Positions 20,244 to 28,906 of a DNA stretch of 64,000 nucleotides are shown piece after piece (positions within the stretch are counted from its first letter, which is position 1; each line of letters starts with the position of its first letter). The DNA lies in IMG/VR virus record IMGVR_UViG_2593339134_000001. One strand, written 5' to 3'. The DNA comes from a virus. Lineage: Duplodnaviria > Caudoviricetes. The notes under the pieces are model-generated. The model was not told the origin of the DNA, made no database searches, and saw only the letters and a program-made list of their open reading frames with translations. The position numbers and the translations under genes are program-made.

Positions 20244-20705
20244 ATGCCGGAAAACGAAGCTCTGAAATATCTTGAAGATGAACTTGCTAAACAGGCTTTA
20301 AGCTTTGATGATAGCCGGAAATTCTATAGACGGAACTACTTCTACTATACATTAGCAACCGCCTCCCTATCTGCGCTTACAACTATTCTTATTGGAATTG
20401 GGCAAAGTTATGAATCTAAATTACTCTCAGTAATTTCTCTTATAACTAGTGCAAGTATTACAGTTGTGGCGGCTTGGGACGGGTTTTTACGTTCACGAGA
20501 GCTATGGGTTCAAAAAACAGATACTTGGATGGCATTGCAGAATCTTGATGCGAATATTAAATACGCCAAAGCAAAATCTGGAGGGGTTCTCGCTGAGAGT
20601 CAAATCGATGATTTTTATCAACGCTTTGATAAAATCCTTATGGGAGAACATGAGCTTTGGAAGAAAGTTCGCAGCACACAAACTGAAAGCACGAAGAAAT
20701 CATGA
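20244..20705 (+). CDS. SLATT/DUF4231-type two-TM protein (moron, possible defence effector)
   Basis: Helix, two TMs, then WDGF.RSRELW; AT-rich. Confidence 0.7.
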   Translation: MPENEALKYLEDELAKQALSFDDSRKFYRRNYFYYTLATASLSALTTILIGIGQSYESKLLSVISLITSASITVVAAWDGFLRSRELWVQKTDTWMALQNLDANIKYAKAKSGGVLAESQIDDFYQRFDKILMGEHELWKKVRSTQTESTKKS

Positions 20706-20794
20706 TGCATCGTAAGTTCGATAGGGTGTACATGTATATATACCCGCCGCATTCTAGCAGGTTAAACCAGCCTAAAACCCAACCCATACCCACC

Positions 20795-20875
20795 ATGAAA
20801 ACCGCAGACCTCAAGCGCTTGATGGGCGAGGTGCTGGCCTCCCTTCCGGCCCCCTATTCCGAACACATCACATAA
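20795..20875 (+). pseudogene. Truncated gene remnant (MKTADLKRLMGEVLASLPAPYSEHIT*)
   Basis: Short protein-like ORF ending 3 nt before the next ATG. Confidence 0.3.
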
Positions 20876-20878
20876 CCC

Positions 20879-21517
20879 ATGCCAAATATAATCTATGTGC
20901 TTACCAATGAAGCCATGCCTAACATGGTTAAAATCGGGCTAACCAACGACAGCGTGGAAACACGGATTGCCCAACTCAGTTCGCATTCAGGTGTTCCGTT
21001 GCCGTTTGAGTGTTATTTCGCCGCTGAAGTCAATGACTGCGTCAAACTGGAAAAAACCCTCCATCAGCTTTTCTCGGAAAACCGCGTCAATCCAAAAAGG
21101 GAGTTTTTTAAAATCGACCCGGAAAAAGTGGTGCTTGCCATAAGCATCGGGGATTTTACGGAAGTCACCCCCGGAGTGGCCGAATTCGATAAGGAAGAAC
21201 AAGCCGCCCTTGAGAAGGCAAAGGCGCGTCGTCCCAGGCTCAAGCTCGACGCTTTGGGCATCAAGCCTGGGGATGTCCTTACCTGCTCGCGGGATGAAAC
21301 GCTTACCGCCACGGTAGTCGATGGCGGAAAAGTAGACTTCCAAGGGGAAACCCTTAGCCTTTCAGCGGCGGCCCTTAAGGCGCTCCATAGTCTGGGTTAC
21401 AAAACACCTTCCGCAAGTGGTTCGGATTATTGGATATTCGATGGCGAATTGCTTGACGAAAGACGCCGCCGTATGGAAGCGGAGCAATTCGACGAAACTT
21501 TGCCCGTCAATGCCTGA
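20879..21517 (+). CDS. GIY-YIG (T5orf172-type) nuclease with RAMA-like C-terminal domain
   Basis: IYVLTNEAMPNMVKIGLT, GVPLPF, RVNPKREFF; SLSAAA...SGSDYW. Confidence 0.75.
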   Translation: MPNIIYVLTNEAMPNMVKIGLTNDSVETRIAQLSSHSGVPLPFECYFAAEVNDCVKLEKTLHQLFSENRVNPKREFFKIDPEKVVLAISIGDFTEVTPGVAEFDKEEQAALEKAKARRPRLKLDALGIKPGDVLTCSRDETLTATVVDGGKVDFQGETLSLSAAALKALHSLGYKTPSASGSDYWIFDGELLDERRRRMEAEQFDETLPVNA

Positions 21518-21729
21518 CTTGATATAGGCGTATATGGGGGACGCATTTTTCCCGTGCGTCGTTATCGCCGGTCCGCTGCTATTGCGCCGATACCCCTTGG
21601 CGGGCTTGATTATGCGGCATTGGAGGCGGGGCTAGATGGCTTTTAGTTTTTTAGCCTTCCCTGTCATGAGTAAGGTTCCGCCACCCGTCAGCGGTTTTGA
21701 AGACTTGTTTTCACATTAAAGGGATCAAC

Positions 21730-22191
21730 ATGCAGGATGGAAAACATGCCGGAAATGTCGTATTGCTCCGGGGCGCTACATTATGGATATTGATGGCTTT
21801 ATTGCTGGCGTGGTGCATGGTGGGGCTATATCACAAAACACCCTACCTTGACGTGATATTCGCTGGTAAATTCATGAGGCTATTGCAGGCGCACATCGAT
21901 TTTCTGCTGATGAGCGCTCTAATTCTGGGGTTTTATGCCGCTAAAGTGCCACTGCCCTGGCATGTGTGCTGGGCCATGGTGGTAGGTGGATTCACCAATT
22001 CCAGCCTGTTTCTGTTGCAAGCCATTTTCCCCGCACTTGATCCTACAATGGCCGCTCAAGTGCCTTCGATCGGCATCTGGTCGCAGGTGTTCGAAGTCTA
22101 CCTCTTTGCCAGTCTCATCACGACCAGCTATGGCTTTGGCAAAGGGGCTGTGGTTATTTTTCGATCCACGCTCAAGAGCAATACCCATTAA
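21730..22191 (+). CDS. Four-TM membrane protein (moron)
   Basis: Hydrophobic segments; LLQAHIDFLLM. Confidence 0.65.
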   Translation: MQDGKHAGNVVLLRGATLWILMALLLAWCMVGLYHKTPYLDVIFAGKFMRLLQAHIDFLLMSALILGFYAAKVPLPWHVCWAMVVGGFTNSSLFLLQAIFPALDPTMAAQVPSIGIWSQVFEVYLFASLITTSYGFGKGAVVIFRSTLKSNTH

Positions 22192-22212
22192 AAATTACCG
22201 AAAGGAAAAAAT

Positions 22213-22605
22213 ATGATAGGTATTTTTGGAGACCATTCTGGCCAATTTTTATCAATCGTGGGCTGGTTGATTATGGTGGCTTTTGCCATACCTATCACCC
22301 TCTGGCCATTTCAGTGGGCAAAAGCGGTGGGATGGGAGATTCCGAATCAAACCGATTTAGCCCTATACTTCGGGCGATGTTTGGGTTGCGTGGGGGGCGC
22401 CGTTGCGTTATTTAGCATTTTGGCTGCGAACAGCCCGTTGGTGCAACCGTTCTATTTTAAACTCTTACTTACGATCTGGGCTTTAATGGTCATACTTCAT
22501 ATTTATGGAGCCATTAAGCAAATCCAGCCAGCTCTTGAAACCTATGAGATTGGTTTTTGGTTTGGATTGTTTTTACTCACGTTATGCTTTTTCCCAATCG
22601 GGTAA
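22213..22605 (+). CDS. Four-TM membrane protein (moron)
   Basis: AAAGGA RBS; hydrophobic. Confidence 0.65.
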   Translation: MIGIFGDHSGQFLSIVGWLIMVAFAIPITLWPFQWAKAVGWEIPNQTDLALYFGRCLGCVGGAVALFSILAANSPLVQPFYFKLLLTIWALMVILHIYGAIKQIQPALETYEIGFWFGLFLLTLCFFPIG

Positions 22606-22668
22606 TCAACAGGATGCCGGTGGATGGCAGGCCTGGAGCCTGGATTTTCCTCATGGGGTATCGGCCTC

Positions 22669-22729
22669 GCCTCACAGGCCGTTCCAGGGGACCCCGCTAT
22701 CGCTCCCCCCCTGAACTCGGTCGTTAGGC
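22669..22729 (+). other. Integron attC-like site (R'' degenerate)
   Basis: GCCTCAC-N5-GTTCCAGGGG...CCCCTGAAC-N6-GTTAGGC, 2 nt before an ATG. Confidence 0.6.
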
Positions 22730-22731
22730 AC

Positions 22732-23058
22732 ATGGAAACATCCCTCGTCCAAGCCGCCAAGCTTGCCATTGTTAGCGCAACCGGGCTCTCGAAAGACGCG
22801 CTCCATATCTACGTCGGCCTGACAGTGTATTGGGTCACTACACTGGCGATTGGCAAACATACACGCGCGTTCCACCCTCTTCTGATCGTCGTGTTCATCG
22901 CCTGTCTCGGTGAAATGCTGGACATGCGCGACGACATTAGCAGCCTGGGGTATTGGCGGTGGAGCGCGAGCCTACATGACGTCGTCAACACTTCATTTTG
23001 GCCCTTCGTTCTATACCTCATCGGGCGCAGAGCTTCGGCTTTTTCTCGCCACGATTAG
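22732..23058 (+). CDS. Small membrane protein (cassette-like)
   Basis: ATG right after GTTAGGC; SKDALHIYVG...GEMLD...HDVVNT. Confidence 0.6.
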   Translation: METSLVQAAKLAIVSATGLSKDALHIYVGLTVYWVTTLAIGKHTRAFHPLLIVVFIACLGEMLDMRDDISSLGYWRWSASLHDVVNTSFWPFVLYLIGRRASAFSRHD

Positions 23059-23273
23059 AGCGGCTCTCATATCACTGTAGGGAATAGCCGCAATGCGCGA
23101 CCAATAGCGGGCGTCGGCTAGGACGCTGGCGCACCGGGCCAGCGATGCCAAGCCGCCGGGGTTCCACCATGCCTCAAGCACCTATCCGGCGGTGGTGCCC
23201 AGGATACTGATTTGCTCCCTGGGATACCGCCGGTCCGGGGGTATCCGATACCTGCGGACCGGCCAACACATAC

Positions 23274-23591
23274 TCAAACCTCCTCGAAATCATCCGGCAT
23301 ATCCTCCTCCCCACCGGATGATCCCCCTTCCTCGCGGTCCAATTCCGCGAATTCCGCCTCTAGCGCATCCGCATCGAAATCCTCGTCCTCGTGAATCTCG
23401 ATACCCTGCCCGGCATTGAGCCTTTCGGTGAATTGGTGGGCGTAGAACTCGGTGAGGATTTCTTCCGGCGTAAGGGCCAGAAAACGCGGATCATTGGGCG
23501 GGACGCGGTAGAACGCCCGGAACCAAACCTCAGCCGTCCCCGCCAGTCTCAGGGCTTTCCGCTTCGCCTGGGCATCCTGCCTCCGGCGGAA
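23274..23591 (-). CDS. Frameshift extension of tail assembly chaperone (gpT-equivalent; not in ORF track)
   Basis: Start-less open frame FRRRQDAQAKRKALRLAGTAEVWFRAFYRVPPNDPRFLALTPEEI...DDFEEV*, entered at the T6 run. Confidence 0.7.
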   Translation of the reverse strand, partial: FRRRQDAQAKRKALRLAGTAEVWFRAFYRVPPNDPRFLALTPEEILTEFYAHQFTERLNAGQGIEIHEDEDFDADALEAEFAELDREEGGSSGGEEDMPDDFEEV

Positions 23592-23904
23592 AAAAGGCTT
23601 CCTGCGCCTCGATCAACGCCCAAAGCTCCAACACCTTGGCGTTGAACCGGCTGTCCCGGCGCGGGAACCGCTCATGGCCCTCCCAGCCCTTCGGCGTCTT
23701 CACCGCGCACACCTCGATCCAGGCCGCGACCTGGGCCATGCGGCCATGCCCGACCGAGGGCACCCTGTAGCCCACGAGGTTGTTGACGAATGTTTCCATC
23801 TGGGCCTGATCTCCCCACCCCGGTCGCCGGAAGATGAAATCGCCCACGCCGGGCAGGGCGACTAGGAATTGGCTGTCGGAGAATTGCGCTTGTGGTTGGG
23901 CCAT
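23530..23904 (-). CDS. Tail assembly chaperone (gpG-equivalent)
   Basis: ATG 23904; downstream of tube; GCC TTT TTT C near the 3' end. Confidence 0.7.
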   Translation of the reverse strand: MAQPQAQFSDSQFLVALPGVGDFIFRRPGWGDQAQMETFVNNLVGYRVPSVGHGRMAQVAAWIEVCAVKTPKGWEGHERFPRRDSRFNAKVLELWALIEAQEAFFPPEAGCPGEAESPETGGDG

Positions 23905-24188
23905 GCGAGGTATGAATTTGAAGGGTGGAAGTCGGCCCGGCGGCGGTCCACGAGGCCGTGGATCAACGCGCCGAGCAGGAGCGGATAGACGTGCCAGGGA
24001 ATCCGGGCGAAACCGTCGAAACAGGGCGATGCGGCCATGATGAACGCGCCCACGGCCATCAGGAGGCAAGCCATGCGGATCATGGGACTGGTTCCCCCAT
24101 CGGCCCGGTTGAGTTGGGCCAAGGCCCGGACCATCAGCGGCAGGCCGACGACCTCGGCCAGGACGATGTGCAGCCAATCAGCGCCCAC
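23862..24188 (-). CDS. Small membrane protein (holin partner-like)
   Basis: GTG 24188 overlapping previous stop; about three TMs. Confidence 0.55.
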   Translation of the reverse strand: MGADWLHIVLAEVVGLPLMVRALAQLNRADGGTSPMIRMACLLMAVGAFIMAASPCFDGFARIPWHVYPLLLGALIHGLVDRRRADFHPSNSYLAWPNHKRNSPTANS

Positions 24189-24522
24189 GGTGCCCCTCCC
24201 CCTTGGACGGCAGTCTCCAGACTGCCGAACCGGCCACGATGCGCCGGGCAAGGTTGTGCCCGACCAAGCCGATCAAGAAGGCCACGCCCAGGTCCGAATG
24301 CGGCGGGACGACGATATGGGTACCCACCAGCCTTTCCAGGTTGGCCGTCACCAGCGGCGTGAAATAGCAGGCGCTGAGGTAGCCGGACGAGATGCTGGGC
24401 ACCCAGCCCCACCGGCCCTGGAACGGCGATAGCGTGAGGGCCACCGCCGCGCCCAAGAAGGCGGCGATGGCAACCCCATACTTGACGCCCAGGACGCTGT
24501 TGACGCCTTCCATATCCATCAT
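24178..24522 (-). CDS. Holin-like membrane protein
   Basis: AAFLGAAVAL...GVAFLIGLVG; three TMs, basic C-terminus. Confidence 0.55.
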   Translation of the reverse strand: MMDMEGVNSVLGVKYGVAIAAFLGAAVALTLSPFQGRWGWVPSISSGYLSACYFTPLVTANLERLVGTHIVVPPHSDLGVAFLIGLVGHNLARRIVAGSAVWRLPSKGEGHRGR

Positions 24523-24525
24523 GGG

Positions 24526-24951
24526 CTAGAGGCCGGTGCCCGCGGTCGTGAGGCAGCGGAAACTGGCCCGGCTCGATATGACGCTGCTCGCCCGGACATC
24601 GACGCTGCCGGATTCGAAAGTGGCACCGCGATGGACAAGCAACGGTTCCCCGGTCTCCTTATCCAAGACCACGATGTCGAACACCACCCCTTGCAGCGCC
24701 GCCGCCCCGTTCTCGGGTTGCAGCCCCTGGTCCTTCAAGCTGGTCCGGCGCAGGACCATCTGTTCGACGCTGACCCGGTATTCGGCGCGGTTCGGGATGT
24801 TTTCCACGGGATCGATGTCGCCGATCTGGTATTGCCCCTCGACGCCGAAATTGGTGTCCAGCGTGACGGAGCGGAAGCCGCCCACGAGTTTGCCGTCCAG
24901 CAAAATCTGGTGGGTATTGGCGTGGCGGAAAATGCGGTTGGTCTGTGCCAT
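24526..24951 (-). CDS. Tail tube protein
   Basis: Follows sheath; GK.VG...FGVEGQYQIGDIDPVE, like Twort/SPO1-type tube. Confidence 0.8.
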   Translation of the reverse strand: MAQTNRIFRHANTHQILLDGKLVGGFRSVTLDTNFGVEGQYQIGDIDPVENIPNRAEYRVSVEQMVLRRTSLKDQGLQPENGAAALQGVVFDIVVLDKETGEPLLVHRGATFESGSVDVRASSVISSRASFRCLTTAGTGL

Positions 24952-24968
24952 GGTGATGATTGCCCCCT

Positions 24969-26960
24969 TCAGGCGGCCAGCGTGCCGCTATAGGCCCGTG
25001 CGTGGACGACGATGGTGATGTAATTGATCGGGATGCCCACCGCCGCATCGACCTGGATCGCCAGCACATCGCCGGAAAGGTCCAGCCGCAGGTTTTTCCA
25101 GGGCGGGTTTTCCGCATCGCCCACCAGGAGGCCGATACCGTTCGGCTCGGGCTTCGAGAGTTCGTCCAGCACCGCCGCGCAGCGCGTGCGGGCGTCGGCC
25201 ATGCGGAACGGGCTCCCGGTGCGGCCGACGATGGGCTGCAAGGCTTCGCGCAGGTTGCGGGCCAGGAAGTCGTAGCCCGCGCCGACCGAGATTTCCACCT
25301 TGTCGTAGTTGTCGTTGATGAGCCAAGCGCTGATCGACTTGCAGACAAAGTAGCCGGTGGGGCGGTTTTCCAGCGGGATGACGCCGCCCCGGATGAGCGG
25401 GTCGGTATCGGTGGGCACGCGCAGCTTGCGTTCCACGCCCTCGACATTCAGGGCGCGGTTGGTCATGGCCTGGCCGGGGTTCTGCCCGGCGAAGCCGGCG
25501 GCGATCATCGCGGCGGCGACATAGGCCGGGTACAGCGTCAGCGCGCCGTTGGCGTTGTAGAGGTAGGCCCCGAGGTGGACGAGCGCGGTGCGGTCGGAGT
25601 TCAGCGCCTTGGCGGCGGCGATGGCGGCGGCATCCGTGGTGCCCGTGGCGGTGCCCACGAAATTCCGGCGCTCGCTGCGCGCCACCTTGCTCATGTAGGC
25701 GCAATGCGCGTCGGCCATATCCCAGACCGCGGGGTTGGACGACAGCGGCGCGACCCACTGCACATCCTCCGCTTGCAGGGCGGTGAAGGCCGCCGTCCAA
25801 TCCTGCACGGTGGTCGATCCGTCCGAGCCGCCGGCCAGGTAGGTCCAATCCTGGTTGGCGGGGGGTAACGCGCCGGCGCGGCGGGCGTTGACGAATCCCT
25901 CGCTGCCCGAGTTGAACCAATCCACGCACGCCTGTAGGTCGCCGGTCACGGTCACCGGGGTGAAACCGACGATCGCATAGGCCGAGGTTTTCACATCATG
26001 CTGGAGGGTTGTCCTGAGTTGGTACGCGGCCGTGAACGCCCCGAGCGATCCCGATACGGAAGCGGTCCAGCCCCCCAGTCCGTCGATGGCCGCCACCACA
26101 TCGGCGATGGTCGGGTTGTCGGTCACGAGGTCCAGCGTGGCGACCGCGGTGCCCGTCGGGGCTTCCAGCACGATTTGCGTGGCCGTGATCGTAATCGCCG
26201 CCGATGCCGCCCCTCCCGTGAATTGGACGTTGGCGACAGTGGCGGAGGCCAGGGCTTGGTTGGCCAGGGCATCCAAACCATTGAGGGCGGGCTTGTCCTC
26301 GTTGCCGTCCAATACGGTGGCGAGCCAGCCCGGGGTCACGCTGATGCGGTCGGCCAGCGCCTGTACGGTGCCGAAATCGTTCAGGCCGATGGTCGCCACC
26401 GCCGTGCCCACGGGGGCTTCCAACGTGACCTGGGTATTCGTCACCGACAGCCGGGCGTCGGCCATCACGCCGTGGTACTGCACCGACAGCGCATCCCGGT
26501 GGATGTCGTCCTGGGTGTAGTAGCGGGTCCCGACCTGGGTGGTGATCTTCTTGCCCTTGTGGGTGCCGGACTCGACCTTCACCTTGTCGGCGTTGCCGCC
26601 CAACCCGTACCGGGTCGCGGTCAGGGCGATGGCGTTGCCCGAACCGGCGTCCAACAGCGTCAGCGCCGCCTGGGTGGACGGGGCCGGGCTCACGAACACG
26701 ATGGTCGCGGGAGCGCCGGTTTCGGGGCTGGGGTCGAAACAGGCCGTGACCGCCACCAGGGCCTCGCCGTCCACGCCCGCGTCGATGGCGTCCTGTGGAC
26801 CGCCGAAGCGATAGGCGGTCTTGGGTTCGAGGGCCGGGGCCGATCCCAGGATGGCAAGCACATTGCCGACGGTCAAATTGCGGTTTGCCAGCGCCGTATC
26901 GTCGATCCTGGAAACGACGGCAGGGGTTATGTATAGCTGGCCGTCAAAAAAAAACGCCAT
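24969..26960 (-). CDS. Contractile tail sheath protein
   Basis: 663 aa; YLAGGSDG, AAMIAAGFAG, EISVG, PINYITI. Confidence 0.9.
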   Translation of the reverse strand: MAFFFDGQLYITPAVVSRIDDTALANRNLTVGNVLAILGSAPALEPKTAYRFGGPQDAIDAGVDGEALVAVTACFDPSPETGAPATIVFVSPAPSTQAALTLLDAGSGNAIALTATRYGLGGNADKVKVESGTHKGKKITTQVGTRYYTQDDIHRDALSVQYHGVMADARLSVTNTQVTLEAPVGTAVATIGLNDFGTVQALADRISVTPGWLATVLDGNEDKPALNGLDALANQALASATVANVQFTGGAASAAITITATQIVLEAPTGTAVATLDLVTDNPTIADVVAAIDGLGGWTASVSGSLGAFTAAYQLRTTLQHDVKTSAYAIVGFTPVTVTGDLQACVDWFNSGSEGFVNARRAGALPPANQDWTYLAGGSDGSTTVQDWTAAFTALQAEDVQWVAPLSSNPAVWDMADAHCAYMSKVARSERRNFVGTATGTTDAAAIAAAKALNSDRTALVHLGAYLYNANGALTLYPAYVAAAMIAAGFAGQNPGQAMTNRALNVEGVERKLRVPTDTDPLIRGGVIPLENRPTGYFVCKSISAWLINDNYDKVEISVGAGYDFLARNLREALQPIVGRTGSPFRMADARTRCAAVLDELSKPEPNGIGLLVGDAENPPWKNLRLDLSGDVLAIQVDAAVGIPINYITIVVHARAYSGTLAA

Positions 26961-26977
26961 GTCGGCTTACCTCTCGC

Positions 26978-27271
26978 TCAGGCCGGGGTTTGCATGAAGG
27001 CATCGAAGCGGGCGCCATACGCCGCTTCGGTATCGCGCAGCCGTCCCGCGCGTTTTTCCGCGCCATAGAAGGCCGATACCGCCTCCGGGGCGTGCTGGCG
27101 GGATAGCGCCCGGCACGCCTCGTCCAGCGACGTGGCGAACCGCTCCGGGGCCATCGCCGTGGACGGCGGCGGCGCGGGCACGGGGGGCGATGCCACCAGC
27201 CCGGCGGCGGTGGCGGAGGGTTCTTCGGGGGATGGAGGAAGAGTCTTTGCCATGTCTGCGTCGTCGCTCAT
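26978..27271 (-). CDS. Small tail-associated hypothetical protein
   Basis: ATGA overlap with upstream gene; precedes sheath. Confidence 0.5.
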   Translation of the reverse strand: MSDDADMAKTLPPSPEEPSATAAGLVASPPVPAPPPSTAMAPERFATSLDEACRALSRQHAPEAVSAFYGAEKRAGRLRDTEAAYGARFDAFMQTPA

Positions 27272-28188
27272 GATGTGTAAACGTGGTTGATGGCGGTGCC
27301 GGTGCGGTCGTCGTCGATGCCCGAGAACACGAGGCCGGCCAGGGTTCCGGCGACGGTATAGACCGGGGCGTCGAACTCGCCTTCCAGGTATTCCACGGCG
27401 GCGGGGTTCCATGCCGCGCCCTGTAGCCCGGCGGTCTCGAAGACCGGCACATTGCCGGCCATCAGCGCCCGCAAGGCCCGGTGCAAGGTCACGCGCTCAT
27501 CCGGGTTGAGGCTCCATGCCCCCACCTCGATGGTGACGTTCGCCAGCCAGCCGGTGCGTTCGGTGAATTCGTCCTCGCCGGACGCCACGTACCACACGGC
27601 GCCCATATCCAGGCCGACGGCGTGTTCGGCGGGCGTCTCCGACCGGAGTTGTACCGTCACGACCGGCCAGCGCGTGTGCGCGGCCTGCGGGGGGCCGGTC
27701 AATACGTCGATGCGGGTGGATTGCAGCGTGCCGGCCTGCGGCAGGAGTTCCCCACGGGCCACGTAGACGGCCAGCCCCTCGTCCAACCGGTCGCGGACCA
27801 GGAGGACGGGATTCAGGGTTGCATCGCGGAAGGTGGCACGGGGCGTGGCAACGGTGGTTTCGGCGTCCAGGGTCCACAAGACGCCGTTCCAGTAGTAGGC
27901 CCGGTAGTAATAGGTGACGCCGTTCAGCAGGGCTTGGTAGTCCAGCGCGGCCCGCTCGTCGCCGTCGTAGACGACCGAGGCGGCGGGGTCCACGGGCAGC
28001 GGGTCGCCGACATAGAAGGCGTTCGGGGCATAGGTGTTGGACGCGCCCCAATCGCCGGTTTCGGGCGGGGCCAGCCAGTCGTCGGTGGTCTTGCGGAGGA
28101 CGATCCAGCGCCACGCGCCCACCGGGGGCGCGATGTATAGGCGGATGGCGTTGCCTATGGCGAGGGGTTCGGCGCGGGTGATGCTCAT
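27268..28188 (-). CDS. Tail terminator/completion protein
   Basis: Start re-assigned to ATG 28188 after late motif; WPVVTVQL, WSLNPDER. Confidence 0.6.
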   Translation of the reverse strand: MSITRAEPLAIGNAIRLYIAPPVGAWRWIVLRKTTDDWLAPPETGDWGASNTYAPNAFYVGDPLPVDPAASVVYDGDERAALDYQALLNGVTYYYRAYYWNGVLWTLDAETTVATPRATFRDATLNPVLLVRDRLDEGLAVYVARGELLPQAGTLQSTRIDVLTGPPQAAHTRWPVVTVQLRSETPAEHAVGLDMGAVWYVASGEDEFTERTGWLANVTIEVGAWSLNPDERVTLHRALRALMAGNVPVFETAGLQGAAWNPAAVEYLEGEFDAPVYTVAGTLAGLVFSGIDDDRTGTAINHVYTS

Positions 28189-28196
28189 GGGCGGGT

Positions 28197-28213
28197 AGGA
28201 TGGCGTCACGACC
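28197..28213 (-). promoter_or_regulatory. Putative late promoter, copy 6
   Basis: GGTCGTGAC-gcc-AtccT-N8-ATG on minus strand. Confidence 0.7.
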
Positions 28214-28258
28214 CGACGCTGGGTTTGCGGGCATTGACGCCGCGCCGGTTCGGATATG

Positions 28259-28286
28259 AAAAAGCCCGGTCTAGCCGGGCTTTTTT
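28259..28286. terminator. Intrinsic terminator
   Basis: AAAAAGCCCGG-tctag-CCGGGCTTTTTT. Confidence 0.75.
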
Positions 28287-28593
28287 ATTCGCGGTCATCA
28301 ATGACCAGTGGCGTTCCGGGCTTAAGCTTGGATAGATCAACTGGATTCTTCCGTATCTCTTCCTCAAGGCGCTTGAAGTCTGCCCTCAGTTTTTCAGCAA
28401 GCATGGAGGCCAGGCGCTCCTCCTGATCCTTTGCGTATTCTTTCAACTCGCTCGCGGCGGGGGCATACGAAGCCTCAAGCCGAGCAACGATCTCGGCGTT
28501 CATGCTGCGCCGGTTTTGGTAGGCGGACTCCTCAATTCTTGCCTTCAAGTCTTCGGGCAAGCGGATTTTCATTTGGGGTGCTTCTCTACTCAT
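28285..28593 (-). CDS. Arc/Mnt-family RHH repressor
   Basis: PQMKIRLPEDLKARIEESA..NRRSMNAEIVARL. Confidence 0.88.
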   Translation of the reverse strand: MSREAPQMKIRLPEDLKARIEESAYQNRRSMNAEIVARLEASYAPAASELKEYAKDQEERLASMLAEKLRADFKRLEEEIRKNPVDLSKLKPGTPLVIDDRE

Positions 28594-28606
28594 GCCCGAA
28601 TAATAC

Positions 28607-28663
28607 ACCACGATGGTTCTTGCATGAATGAACCGTCGTGGTTTACGATAAACCACTCTGGTT
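28607..28663. promoter_or_regulatory. Operator repeats between divergent Arc genes
   Basis: ACCACGATGGTTC / GAACCGTCGTGGT / AACCACTCTGGTT. Confidence 0.6.
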
Positions 28664-28682
28664 CACTATAAAGGAGCGAATC

Positions 28683-28859
28683 ATGACCACCGCAAAGTCG
28701 GCACCGTCAATGTCAGTGCGATTACCAAACGACCTAAAGGAATGGATTGCAGCGGAAGCTGGCCGGAACTACCGATCTCTGAATGCGGAGATCGTGGTCC
28801 GACTAAAGCAGTGCATGGACGCCGAAAAGAGAAAAGCCCCAAGTGTTGCAACCACTTGA
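28683..28859 (+). CDS. Arc-family RHH repressor
   Basis: AAGGAG RBS; SVRLPNDLKEWI...NYRSLNAEIVVRL. Confidence 0.85.
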   Translation: MTTAKSAPSMSVRLPNDLKEWIAAEAGRNYRSLNAEIVVRLKQCMDAEKRKAPSVATT

Positions 28860-28906
28860 GGCTTCGATGTGATGAACACTACCACTTCAAAAGTAGGTAA
28901 CACCCT

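Noticed and set aside
23060-23273. Possible tape-measure start after the chaperone
   Set aside because: Only short frames; no tape-measure gene in the window
27656-27664. GGTCGTGAC on minus strand
   Set aside because: Intragenic; has the A but not the T; not counted as a promoter
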